Shown: positions 16,193-25,360 of the stretch, piece by piece
How the letters are laid out: every line of letters begins with the position of its first letter
Numbering within the stretch: the stretch's first letter is position 1
Assembly (NCBI GenBank): GCA_031552735.1
Contig: JAVBMF010000026.1
Location: 747 to 64,746, forward strand
Reading direction: 5' to 3'
From: Eubacteriales bacterium
GTDB lineage: Bacteria > Bacillota > Clostridia > Christensenellales > Aristaeellaceae
Length of the DNA stretch: 64,000 nt
Position numbers and translations under genes: made by a program
Notes under the pieces: model-generated
Databases searched by the model: none
Told to the model about the DNA's origin: nothing
What the model saw: the letters and a program-made list of their open reading frames with translations, nothing else

Positions 16193-18568
16193 GTGGACAA
16201 GCCCGGCAACGGCGGAGCGGGATGCCGCGTGCGTGCCGCTGTGCGCACCGTGGTAGAGTTTTCCATCCACGGCGAGGATCTGGCGCCGGGTGGCAGCCAG
16301 GTGGGCGCGATGCTCGACGGCGGACAGGCGCACCGCGCGCGCCAGAAAACCGCGCGCGAACGGCACGAGGATTACGAGGCCGAGGTGGCGCTGTCGGCGA
16401 CCGTGCCAGGCGAGCTGGTAACGCTGGAGATCACCGGCCGCGCGGATGGCCTGTTTTTGCGCGATGGCGTGCTGGTGGTCGAGGAGATCAAACACAGCGC
16501 GCACGGCGCGGCGTTGGCCGACGCATGGCCGGAGCACTGGGCGCAGGCGGCGTGCTATGGACACATGCTGTGTGCCGGGCGCGACCTGCCCGAGGTGCTG
16601 CTGCGCGTTCTGTACGTAGACATTCGCGGCGAGCAGGTGGCCTGCTTTGAGCGGCGGCAGGACGCGGATTGTTTGGCGAATGATTTTGCCGCGCTGGCGA
16701 TGCGCTACCTGGCTTTTCTGGAGCGCCAGGCCCATTGGCGCGCGCGGCGAGACCAGGGCATTGCGGCGCTGGGCTTTCCGTTTGAGGGCTATCGTGCTGG
16801 GCAGCGCGAGTTCGCGGCCAACGCCTACATCGCGATTCGCGAGAAGCGGCGATTACTGGCGCAGGCGCCCACCGGCATCGGCAAGACCGTGGCGGCGCTC
16901 TTTCCGGCGCTCAAGGCGCTGGGCGAGGGCCTGACCGCGCAGATCTTTTATCTGACGGCGCGCACCACTGGCCGCGCGCTGGCACTGGACGCGCTGGCGC
17001 AGCTCTGTGAAAAGGGGTTGCCGCTGCGCGCGCTGGAGATTATGGCCAAGGAAAAGTGCTGCCCGCGCGAGGGCGGCATGCATTGCGACCCATTGGCGTG
17101 CAAGTATGCCAAGGGTTTTTTTGTGCGGCTGGATGATGCGCTGGACGACATGTGCGCGCGGGAAAGCTGGCGGCATGAGGTGGTGCGCGAGGTGGCGCTG
17201 GCGCACGAGGTCTGCCCGTTCGAGTTTTCGCTGTGCCTGTGCGAGATCGCCGACGTGGTGGTGTGCGACTACAACTATGCGTTCGACCCCAACGCGCGGT
17301 TGATTCGCGTGTTTCAGTTCCGGCGCGACATGACGCTGCTGGTGGACGAGGCGCACCATCTGGTGGATCGCGCGCGCGACATGCTCAGCGCGCAGATGGA
17401 TAGCGAGGCGCTGCGGCTGGCCAGGCGCGTCTGGCGCACGGCGCAGGGCAGCAAGAACGCGCTGTATCGCGCGGTCACCGCGCTGATGAGGGCGCTGGAG
17501 GCACAGCGCACCGAGATGGTCGCGCACGAGGATATCCCTGTCGATTTTGTCGATCTGCGCGGGGAGACCGAGGCGTTTGTCCATGTCGCGGGGGATGCAC
17601 TGGGTCTGTCGCCGGGTCGCGAGTTGCTCGATGCGTTCCTGATGGCGCAGCAGTATGTGAGTTGCCTGTCGCGCATGGACGACGCGTACATCCCGCTGCG
17701 CGAGAGGCGCGGCAAGGAGATTGCGCTGCGCCTGCGCTGCCTGGATCCAGCGGCGTATCTGAAAAAATGCACCGAGAAACTGCGCGGCGTGGTGCTGTTC
17801 TCCGCGACGCTGTCGCCGCTGCGCGGGTATGCGCGGCTATTGGGTGTGGACATCGAGGCAGACGGCCTGCTGGCGCTGCCCTCGCCCTTCCCGGCGGAGC
17901 ACCTGCGCGTGGTGTGCCGCCGCGCGTCCACTCGCTATGCGCACCGGGGCGACACCGCGCATGCGGTCGCCGAGGCAGTGGCGGCGATGGCGCTCGCTGA
18001 GCCAGGCAACTACCTATGCATGTTTCCCTCGTATGCCTACATGCGCCAGATCGCGGAATTGCTGCCGGAGCTGCTGCCCGGGGTGGACATCCTGATCCAG
18101 CAGAGCGGCATGGACGAGGCAGCGAGGACGGCGTTTCTGGATTCCTTTGTGCCGCGCGACAAGACGCTGCTCGGTCTGTGCGTGATGGGCGGCGCGTTTG
18201 CCGAGGGCATCGATCTACCGGGCGACCGGTTGAGTGGCGTGGCGGTGGTGGGCATCGGCCTGCCGCAGGTGTGCGTGGAGCGCGAGGCGCTGCGCGACTA
18301 CTACGAGCGCAAGCTGGGCGATGGCTTTGCCTATGCCTATCGCTACCCGGGCATCACGCGCGTGACACAGGCTGTGGGGCGCGTTATCCGCACCGAGCGC
18401 GACGTCGGTGTGGCGGTGCTGATCGACGACCGCTTTTTGCAGTCGCAGGTGGCATCGCTGCTGCCGCCCGGGTGGCACCCGCTGCGCGTGGCGGGCGGCG
18501 GAGACCAGGTGCGCGAGCAACTGGAGGCGTTTTGGCGGGCACAAGTGTCTGGTGAGCCGATGGGGTGA
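16193..18568 (+). CDS. XPD/Rad3/DinG-family Fe-S helicase with an N-terminal PD-(D/E)XK-like nuclease module
   Basis: It has Walker A AQAPTGIGKT, the DEAH box VDEAHHL and a Cys cluster (CCPREGGMHCDPLACKY ... CDYNY). The C-terminal helicase motifs are SATLSP and AVGRVIRTERDVG. The N-terminal ~180 aa contain GRADGL...VVEEIK (D...ExK). GTG start 16193 follows GGGGAGGGG. Confidence 0.75.
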   Translation: MDKPGNGGAGCRVRAAVRTVVEFSIHGEDLAPGGSQVGAMLDGGQAHRARQKTARERHEDYEAEVALSATVPGELVTLEITGRADGLFLRDGVLVVEEIKHSAHGAALADAWPEHWAQAACYGHMLCAGRDLPEVLLRVLYVDIRGEQVACFERRQDADCLANDFAALAMRYLAFLERQAHWRARRDQGIAALGFPFEGYRAGQREFAANAYIAIREKRRLLAQAPTGIGKTVAALFPALKALGEGLTAQIFYLTARTTGRALALDALAQLCEKGLPLRALEIMAKEKCCPREGGMHCDPLACKYAKGFFVRLDDALDDMCARESWRHEVVREVALAHEVCPFEFSLCLCEIADVVVCDYNYAFDPNARLIRVFQFRRDMTLLVDEAHHLVDRARDMLSAQMDSEALRLARRVWRTAQGSKNALYRAVTALMRALEAQRTEMVAHEDIPVDFVDLRGETEAFVHVAGDALGLSPGRELLDAFLMAQQYVSCLSRMDDAYIPLRERRGKEIALRLRCLDPAAYLKKCTEKLRGVVLFSATLSPLRGYARLLGVDIEADGLLALPSPFPAEHLRVVCRRASTRYAHRGDTAHAVAEAVAAMALAEPGNYLCMFPSYAYMRQIAELLPELLPGVDILIQQSGMDEAARTAFLDSFVPRDKTLLGLCVMGGAFAEGIDLPGDRLSGVAVVGIGLPQVCVEREALRDYYERKLGDGFAYAYRYPGITRVTQAVGRVIRTERDVGVAVLIDDRFLQSQVASLLPPGWHPLRVAGGGDQVREQLEAFWRAQVSGEPMG

Positions 18569-18593
18569 CCGGGGTGGTTTTTGCTTTTATGGG

Positions 18594-18623
18594 TTGACAA
18601 TTTTACGGAGAAAAGCGTATACT
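18594..18623 (+). promoter_or_regulatory. Sigma-A promoter upstream of the IclR regulator / hexuronate locus
   Basis: TTGACA (18594-18599), an 18-nt spacer, then TATACT (18618-18623). Confidence 0.6.
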
Positions 18624-18624
18624 A

Positions 18625-18659
18625 TTCTTACATAAGAACATCGTTCATATATAAGAACG
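18625..18659. promoter_or_regulatory. Two inverted repeats overlapping the predicted transcription start; candidate operator(s)
   Basis: TTCTTA-CA-TAAGAA (18625-18638) and CGTTC-N8-GAACG (18642-18659). The half-site TAAGAAC recurs. They sit directly downstream of the -10 box. Confidence 0.4.
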
Positions 18660-18722
18660 ATAACCGATCGTTTTGTATCGGCGGTATTTTGTGTGCGCAA
18701 TCAGGATGCGGAGGAGAACGGC

Positions 18723-19484
18723 ATGTCGGAATCTGTCAACCGTACCCTGGCGCGCGGACTGGACATCCTGACGCTGCTCAGCGAGACGCCGCGTGGGCTG
18801 GAGCTGCATGAGGTCGCCCGCATGCTGGCGCTGCCCAAGTCCAGCGCGCACAACCTGCTGCACACGCTACTGGACAAGCGCTTCATCCGCTACGACGCAG
18901 ACACCGCGCACTACTCGCTGTCCTATAGGCTGATGGAAATCGGCGCGGCCGCTCGCGCGGAAACCAGCGTGGAGACCATGATTCGCCAATACATGCAGGA
19001 CATTTCCAGCACCTGCAATGAGACTGTGCACTGCGGCGTGCCCGACGGCACCGACGTAGTGTACGTGGATAAAATTGAGAGCACGCGCTCGATCCGCATG
19101 ACCTCGCGCATCGGCCTGCGCATGCCGCTATATTGCACGGCGATGGGCCGCGCGATTCTGGCGGCGCTGCCCGACGAGCAGGTGCGCGAGTTGCTGGCGC
19201 ATCAGCAATTTGAACAACTGACGCCGCACACCGTCTGCTCGATGGACGAATTGCTGGATATCCTGGCAATCGTGCGCGAAAAAGGCTTCGCGACCGAAAC
19301 TGAGGAAAACAACGAAAATGTCTGCTGCATCGGCGTGGCCATTCGGGATCGGGACGGCATTCCGCGCTATGCGATCAGCGTGTCGATGCCCACCTTCCGT
19401 GCCGATGCGCACCAGAAACAGCAAGCCGAGCAGCGTCTGCTGCGCGCGCAGCGCAAGATCGAACAATACTTCTGCATGGCATAG
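18723..19484 (+). CDS. IclR-family transcriptional regulator (KdgR-like by context)
   Basis: ATG follows GGAGGAGA. It has the N-terminal wHTH RTLARGLDILTLLSE...LHEVARMLALPKSSAHNLLHTL and a C-terminal IclR effector domain (CIGVAIRD). Confidence 0.85.
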   Translation: MSESVNRTLARGLDILTLLSETPRGLELHEVARMLALPKSSAHNLLHTLLDKRFIRYDADTAHYSLSYRLMEIGAAARAETSVETMIRQYMQDISSTCNETVHCGVPDGTDVVYVDKIESTRSIRMTSRIGLRMPLYCTAMGRAILAALPDEQVRELLAHQQFEQLTPHTVCSMDELLDILAIVREKGFATETEENNENVCCIGVAIRDRDGIPRYAISVSMPTFRADAHQKQQAEQRLLRAQRKIEQYFCMA

Positions 19485-19511
19485 AGAAGCTGAAAAGTGG
19501 GAGGCGGGCAT

Positions 19512-20990
19512 ATGGAGCGGCTCAGCAAAGCGGTGGCGGCCAAGGCCAAGGTAGCGTATACGCCGATCATCGCGCGTTCGGAGAAAGTGTTGCAGTTCGG
19601 TGAAGGCGGCTTTCTGCGCGCGTTCGTCGATCAGATGATCGACGCCGCCAACCAGAAAGGCGTTATCGACGCTGGCGTCGTGGTTGTGCAGCCCATCGAA
19701 AAGGGGCTGTGCCATATGCTCGACGAGCAGGAGGGGCTCTACACGCTGGTGCTGCGCGGCAAGGAGGACGGTCAGGTGGTGCGCGACAAGCGCATCATCA
19801 CCGCGATCTCGCGCACGGTCAATCCCTACAGCGATTACCAGGCCTACCTGGACTGCGCGAAGAACCCCGACCTGCGCTTTATCGTGTCCAACACCACCGA
19901 GGCGGGCATCGTCTACACCGGCACGGACAAGTTCGACGACGTGCCGCAGGCCTCGTTCCCCGGCAAGCTGACGCGCCTGATGTATGAGCGGTTCAACGCG
20001 TTCGGCCAGGAGCCGGGCAAGGGCTTCATCCTGCTGCCCTGCGAGCTGATCGACAAAAACGGCGACGCGCTCAAAGACGCGGTGATGAAGACCGCGAAAC
20101 AATGGGCGCTGGGCGAGGCATTCCTGGACTGGATCGACAAGTCCAATATCTTCACCAATACGCTGGTGGACCGTATCGTGACCGGCTACCCGCGCGACGA
20201 CGCGGCGCAAATCCTGGCCGAGCTGGGCTACGAGGATACGCTGCTGGACGCGGCCGAGCCGTTTGGCCTCTGGGTGATCGAGGGGCCGAGCGCGATCTCC
20301 GCCGAGTGGCCGCTGGACAAGGCCGGTCTGCCGGTGATCTTTACAGACAACGTGACGCCCTACAAGCTGCGCAAGGTGCGCATGCTCAACGGCGCGCACA
20401 CCTCGATGGTGCTGGCCGCGTACCTGGCGGGCAAGGACACCGTCGGTCAGTGCATGGAGGATCCGGCAATCCGCGCGTACATGACCCGCGCGCTCAATGA
20501 TGAGATCATGCCCATGCTGCAATTGCCGCAGGACGAGCTAAAAGCATTTTCTGACGCGATCTTTGAGCGCTTCGAGAATCCCTTTAACCGCCACTATCTG
20601 CTGAGCATCGCATTAAACTCCGTGTCGAAGTTCAAGGCGCGCGTGCTGCCTACCCTGCTGGAGTATCAGAAGGCGAAGGGCGCGCTGCCCACGGTGCTGA
20701 CCTTCTCGCTGGCGGCACTGCTGGCGTTTTATCGCGGCAGCTTCGTCGATGGGCTATATCAGGGCACGCGCGGCGATACGCGCTACCCGATCGCCGACGA
20801 CCTGGATGTGCAGAACTTCTTCGCCGCGCACAGCGGCGACGACGCGCAGGCGTTGACGCATGCCGCGCTGTCGCAGACCGGCTTCTGGGGCGAGGATCTG
20901 TGCGCCGTGCCTGGGCTGGAAGCGGCGGTGGCGAAGCATCTCGCGGGGATTCTCTCGGACGGCGCGATGGCCGCCATCAAAGCCCTGTAA
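19512..20990 (+). CDS. uxaB: Tagaturonate reductase (altronate oxidoreductase)
   Basis: It belongs to the long-chain mannitol-dehydrogenase family. The N-terminus is VLQFGEGGFLRAFVDQMID, with NTTEAG and RMLNGAHT motifs. It is adjacent to uxaA/uxaC. Confidence 0.85.
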   Translation: MERLSKAVAAKAKVAYTPIIARSEKVLQFGEGGFLRAFVDQMIDAANQKGVIDAGVVVVQPIEKGLCHMLDEQEGLYTLVLRGKEDGQVVRDKRIITAISRTVNPYSDYQAYLDCAKNPDLRFIVSNTTEAGIVYTGTDKFDDVPQASFPGKLTRLMYERFNAFGQEPGKGFILLPCELIDKNGDALKDAVMKTAKQWALGEAFLDWIDKSNIFTNTLVDRIVTGYPRDDAAQILAELGYEDTLLDAAEPFGLWVIEGPSAISAEWPLDKAGLPVIFTDNVTPYKLRKVRMLNGAHTSMVLAAYLAGKDTVGQCMEDPAIRAYMTRALNDEIMPMLQLPQDELKAFSDAIFERFENPFNRHYLLSIALNSVSKFKARVLPTLLEYQKAKGALPTVLTFSLAALLAFYRGSFVDGLYQGTRGDTRYPIADDLDVQNFFAAHSGDDAQALTHAALSQTGFWGEDLCAVPGLEAAVAKHLAGILSDGAMAAIKAL

Positions 20991-21002
20991 GCAGGAGGCA
21001 CC

Positions 21003-22487
21003 ATGCACGAGCAAGCCATTCGCATTCATCCGCGAGACAATGTGGGCGTCGCCATCGTGCCGCTGATTGCGGGGCAGACGCACCTGGGCGTGACGCTGCG
21101 GCAGGATATCCCCGCGGGGCACAAGTTCGCGCTCATGGATATCGCGGTGAACGATCACGTGGCCAAGTACGCGTTTCCCATCGGCAGAGCGACGCAGGCA
21201 ATTGCAGCTGGGGACTGGGTGCACTCGCACAACCTCAAGACCAACCTGTCCGGCATCCTGGACTACACGTACCAGCCGCACCGCATCGCGTCGGTGCAAG
21301 ACGCACCGCCGCGCGCGACTTTTGCGGGCTACCCCCGCGCCGACGGTCGCGCCGGTATCCGCAACGAGCTCTGGATTCTGCCGATGGTCGGCTGTGTGAA
21401 CGGCACGGCGCAGCGCCTGGTTAGGCAGGCCGCCGAGGCGCTGGGCAAGCGGGTGCCCGATGGCATTCATACCTTCGTGCATCCCTACGGCTGCTCGCAG
21501 CTGGGCGGCGACCATGAGATGACGCAGCGCACATTGGCCGCGCTGGCCACGCACCCCAATGCGGGCGGCGTGCTGGTGCTCGGCCTGGGCTGCGAGAACA
21601 ACACGATGGAATCCTTCCGGAAGCTGCTGGATGGCGCGGATCAGACCCGCATGCGCTTCCTGGTGACGCAGCAGGTTGAGGACGAGGAGTCGGCCGCAAT
21701 GGCGCTGCTCGGCGAGCTGGCCGAGCGCATCGCGCAGGATCAGCGCGAGCCGGTGGGCATCGACAAGCTGGTGGTCGGCCTGAAGTGCGGTGGCAGCGAC
21801 GGATTCTCCGGCATCACCGCCAATCCGCTGCTCGGCGCGTTTTCCGATGCACTGATCGCTGCGGGTGGAACCTCCGCGCTGACCGAAGTGCCCGAGATGT
21901 TCGGCGCGGAGACGCTGCTGATGAACCGATGCAAGGACGAGCCGACCTTCCAGAAGGCGGTTGCGCTGATCAATGACTTCAAGCACTACTTCGAGCGCCA
22001 CAACCAGGCGATCTATGAAAACCCCTCGCCGGGCAACAAGGCGGGCGGCATCACCACGCTGGAGGAGAAGTCGCTGGGCTGCACGCAGAAGGGCGGCGCA
22101 GGCGCGGTGACCGACGTGCTGGGCTATGCCGAGCGCATCAAAACCCCAGGGCTCACCCTGCTGTCCGGCCCGGGCACCGACATCTGCGCGGTGACCGACC
22201 TGGCGGCGGCGGGCTGCCAACTGATCCTGTTCACCACCGGGCGCGGCACGCCGCTGGGCGGGCCGGTGCCCACCGTGAAAGTGTCCACCAACAGCGACCT
22301 GGCGAGGCGCAAGCCGCACTGGATCGACTTCGATGCGGGGCGGCTGCTCTCTGGCACCGCAATGCCCGCGTTGACGCAGGAACTGTTCAGCCTGGTGCTG
22401 GACATCGCCGACGGCAAGCGCCAAACCATGAATGAACAGCATGATTACCGCGAAATCGCGATTTTCAAAGATGGCGTCACCATGTGA
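21003..22487 (+). CDS. uxaA: Altronate dehydratase
   Basis: It has an N-terminal SAF domain (IRIHPRDNVGVAI...AGHKFAL) and the UxaA C-terminal region (GLKCGGSDGFSGITANP, LFTTGRGTP); 494 aa. Confidence 0.9.
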   Translation: MHEQAIRIHPRDNVGVAIVPLIAGQTHLGVTLRQDIPAGHKFALMDIAVNDHVAKYAFPIGRATQAIAAGDWVHSHNLKTNLSGILDYTYQPHRIASVQDAPPRATFAGYPRADGRAGIRNELWILPMVGCVNGTAQRLVRQAAEALGKRVPDGIHTFVHPYGCSQLGGDHEMTQRTLAALATHPNAGGVLVLGLGCENNTMESFRKLLDGADQTRMRFLVTQQVEDEESAAMALLGELAERIAQDQREPVGIDKLVVGLKCGGSDGFSGITANPLLGAFSDALIAAGGTSALTEVPEMFGAETLLMNRCKDEPTFQKAVALINDFKHYFERHNQAIYENPSPGNKAGGITTLEEKSLGCTQKGGAGAVTDVLGYAERIKTPGLTLLSGPGTDICAVTDLAAAGCQLILFTTGRGTPLGGPVPTVKVSTNSDLARRKPHWIDFDAGRLLSGTAMPALTQELFSLVLDIADGKRQTMNEQHDYREIAIFKDGVTM

Positions 22488-22508
22488 ACACGCAAAGGAG
22501 GCACGGGG

Positions 22509-23912
22509 ATGAAAGAGTTCATGGATCGAGAGTTTATGCTAAGCAGCGAGACCGCGCGCACGCTCTTCCACGACTACGCGGAGGACATGCCGATCTACGA
22601 CTACCATTGCCACTTGAGCCCGCGCGAGATCTATGAGAACGTGCAGTATCGGAACATCGGCCACCTGATGCTCGGCGGCGACCACTACAAGTGGCGCGCG
22701 ATGCTGTCCAACGGCGTGCCGGAAGAAAACATTCGCGGCAAGGGCAGCGACTGGGAGAAGTTCTATGCGTTCGCTGGCACGCTGAAGTACGCGATTGGCA
22801 ACCCGCTGTTTCATTGGACGCATCTGGAGCTCCAGCGTGTGTTCGGCATCCACGAGGTGCTCAGTGAGGCCACCGCCAAGGCGATCTGGGACAAAGCCAA
22901 CGCGATGCTGGCTACCGAGGACTTCCGCTGCCGCCGACTGATCGAAAAATTCAACGTGACGCTGTTGTGCACCACCGATGACCCGTGCGACGACCTCGAG
23001 TTCCACAAGAAGCTGGCCGAGGACAAGAGCTTTTCCGTCAAGGTGCTGCCCGCCTTCCGCCCTGACAAGGCCATCAACATCGACCGTGGCGGGTTTGTGG
23101 ACTACATTGCGCTTTTAGGCCGCGTGTCGGGCATGGATACGCTGAACTTCGACACCATGCTCGAGGCGCTGGAAGCGCGCGTGGCGTACTTTCACAAGTG
23201 CGGCGCGCGTGTCAGCGACCATGCGCTGGACAAGGTGGCCTATGCCACGCCCAGCTACACCGTGGCGCGCGAGGCGTTCCGCAAGGCGCTGGCCGGTGAG
23301 CCGCTGCACGACTACGAGGTGGATACCTACAAGACCTGCGTGCTGCTGAGCCTGGGCAAGATGTACCACCAGCGCGACTGGGTGATGCAGTATCATATCG
23401 GTGCACAGCGCAATAACAACCCGCGCATGTTCAAGCAGTATGGGCCGGACGTGGGCTTTGACTCGATCGCAGACGGCGAAGTGGCCGAGAATCTGTCCAA
23501 ACTGCTGGCTGCGCAGGATATCGACGATCGCCTGCCCAAGACCATCCTCTATTGCCTGAATCCCAAGGACAACTATGTGATCGGCACCATGCTCGGCAAC
23601 TTCCAAGGCGGCGTGCCGGGCAAAATCCAATTCGGGTCGGGCTGGTGGTTCTGTGATCAGCGCGACGGCATGACCGAGCAGCTCAAGGCGCTGGCCAGCC
23701 TGGGCCTGCTGGGCCGCTTCGTGGGCATGCTGACCGACAGCCGCTCCTTCGTCTCCTATCCGCGCCACGAGTACTTCCGCCGCATCCTGTGCGATCTGAT
23801 CGGCACCTGGGTGGAAAATGGCGAGTATCCGGCGGACATGGACACGCTGGGTGATCTGGTGAAGGGCATTTGCTATCACAATGCCGTCGAATACTTCGGC
23901 ATCGAACTATAA
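22509..23912 (+). CDS. uxaC: Glucuronate (uronate) isomerase
   Basis: It has FMDREFMLSSETARTLFHDYAEDMPIYDYHCHLSP, the canonical UxaC N-terminus; 467 aa. Confidence 0.92.
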   Translation: MKEFMDREFMLSSETARTLFHDYAEDMPIYDYHCHLSPREIYENVQYRNIGHLMLGGDHYKWRAMLSNGVPEENIRGKGSDWEKFYAFAGTLKYAIGNPLFHWTHLELQRVFGIHEVLSEATAKAIWDKANAMLATEDFRCRRLIEKFNVTLLCTTDDPCDDLEFHKKLAEDKSFSVKVLPAFRPDKAINIDRGGFVDYIALLGRVSGMDTLNFDTMLEALEARVAYFHKCGARVSDHALDKVAYATPSYTVAREAFRKALAGEPLHDYEVDTYKTCVLLSLGKMYHQRDWVMQYHIGAQRNNNPRMFKQYGPDVGFDSIADGEVAENLSKLLAAQDIDDRLPKTILYCLNPKDNYVIGTMLGNFQGGVPGKIQFGSGWWFCDQRDGMTEQLKALASLGLLGRFVGMLTDSRSFVSYPRHEYFRRILCDLIGTWVENGEYPADMDTLGDLVKGICYHNAVEYFGIEL

Positions 23913-23923
23913 AGGAGCACACC

Positions 23924-24274
23924 ATGCGAATCATTCATTCGACACCCGATGGCGCCTTCAAAGAGCTGGGTGGCGGCGTGCGCCGCCGTATCCGCTCGGT
24001 GGGCGAGGACATCATGGCGGTCGAGGTCGCGTTTGACAAGGGCGGCGAGGGCTCGCTGCACCGCCACGCGCATCGCCAGCTGACCTACTGCCTGGAGGGC
24101 ACGTTCCGCTTCATGGTGGATGGGCAGCCGGTGGAGCTGAAAAAGGGCGACACGATCTTCTTTGAGGGCAACGGCGAGCACGGATGCGTGGCGTTGGAGC
24201 CCGGCGTGCTGCTGGACGTGTTCACGCCGCTGCGCGAGGACTTCCTGAAAGCCGACGGCCTGATCGACGCATAG
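23924..24274 (+). CDS. kdgF: KdgF-like small cupin
   Basis: 116 aa. It has the cupin metal motif HRHAHRQLTYCLEG...GEHG and the C-terminal LLDVFTPLREDFL, typical of KdgF. AAAGGAG precedes ATG 23924. Confidence 0.65.
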   Translation: MRIIHSTPDGAFKELGGGVRRRIRSVGEDIMAVEVAFDKGGEGSLHRHAHRQLTYCLEGTFRFMVDGQPVELKKGDTIFFEGNGEHGCVALEPGVLLDVFTPLREDFLKADGLIDA

Positions 24275-24338
24275 CATTCCGCGAATTCTCAAACGTTTCA
24301 AGGATTTGTCTATTCACTTTTTATGGAGGTGTGATACA

Positions 24339-25295
24339 ATGGAGGTACTAGAAAGACTATCGCTGGCTGGCATCGTGCCGGTCATCAAAGTGGACGACGC
24401 GGCGGATGCCGTGCCGCTTTGCCGCGCACTCGCCGAGGGCGGGCTGCCCGTTGCGGAGATCACGTTCCGCACCGCCGCTGCCGCCGAGGCCATTGAGAAC
24501 GTACACAATGCGCTGCCCGATGTGATTCTGGGCGCGGGCACCGTGCTGACCTGTGAGCAGGTCGATCGCGCGGTCAAGGCGGGCGCGACCTATATCGTGT
24601 CCCCCGGCCTCAACCCCGAGGTCGTCAAGCATTGCCAGAAGGTCGGCGTACCCATCCTGCCCGGCTGCGCCAATCCCAGCGACATCGAGGTCGCGTTGGG
24701 TCTGGGGCTAAAGACCGTGAAATTCTTCCCCGCCGAGGCGCTGGGCGGACTGCCGCTGATCAAGGCGCTGGCCGCGCCCTATGTGGATATGAAGTTTGTG
24801 CCCACCGGCGGCATCAGCGAAAAGAACCTGCTGGAGTACCTGGCCTTCCCGAAGATCGTGGCGTGCGGCGGCTCCTGGATGGTGCCCGACGCGGCGGTCA
24901 AGGCCAAGGATTGGGATCAGATCCGCACGCTGACCGCATCGGCGGTGCAGCTGATGCTCGGCTTTGAACTGGCGCATGTCGGCGTCAACTGCGAGAACGC
25001 CGATGCCTCCCTCAAAGCCGCGCGCGATTTCGCGGCGCTGCTCGGCTGGCCGGTCAAAGAGGGGAATTCCTCCAATTTCACCGGCACCGGTCTGGAGATC
25101 ATGAAGGGCGCGGGGCGCGGCAAGCATGGCCATCTGGCGATTCGCACCCATTCGCTGCCGCGCGCGAAAGCGCATCTGGAAAGCTGCGGCTACCGCTTCG
25201 CCGAGGACTCCGCCGCCGTCAAGGATGGTAAGACCATCGCCATCTATGTTCAGGATGAGATCGCCGGATTCGCGGTGCACCTGCTGCAAAAGTAG
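24339..25295 (+). CDS. eda: KDPG/KHG aldolase fused to a ~110-aa C-terminal VOC-like domain
   Basis: The Eda core is IVPVIKVDDAADAVPLCRALAEGGLPVAEITFRT...KFFPAEALGG...FVPTGGIS. Residues after ~215 (ELAHVGVNCENAD...HGHLAIRTHSL...AVHLLQK) look like a glyoxalase/VOC half-domain. Confidence 0.8.
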   Translation: MEVLERLSLAGIVPVIKVDDAADAVPLCRALAEGGLPVAEITFRTAAAAEAIENVHNALPDVILGAGTVLTCEQVDRAVKAGATYIVSPGLNPEVVKHCQKVGVPILPGCANPSDIEVALGLGLKTVKFFPAEALGGLPLIKALAAPYVDMKFVPTGGISEKNLLEYLAFPKIVACGGSWMVPDAAVKAKDWDQIRTLTASAVQLMLGFELAHVGVNCENADASLKAARDFAALLGWPVKEGNSSNFTGTGLEIMKGAGRGKHGHLAIRTHSLPRAKAHLESCGYRFAEDSAAVKDGKTIAIYVQDEIAGFAVHLLQK

Positions 25296-25360
25296 TCTCG
25301 TTGTCAGGTTTTGCCCGCTTCGCGCGTGCAAATATATAATACTTGAGGAGGTTCCCCCGT

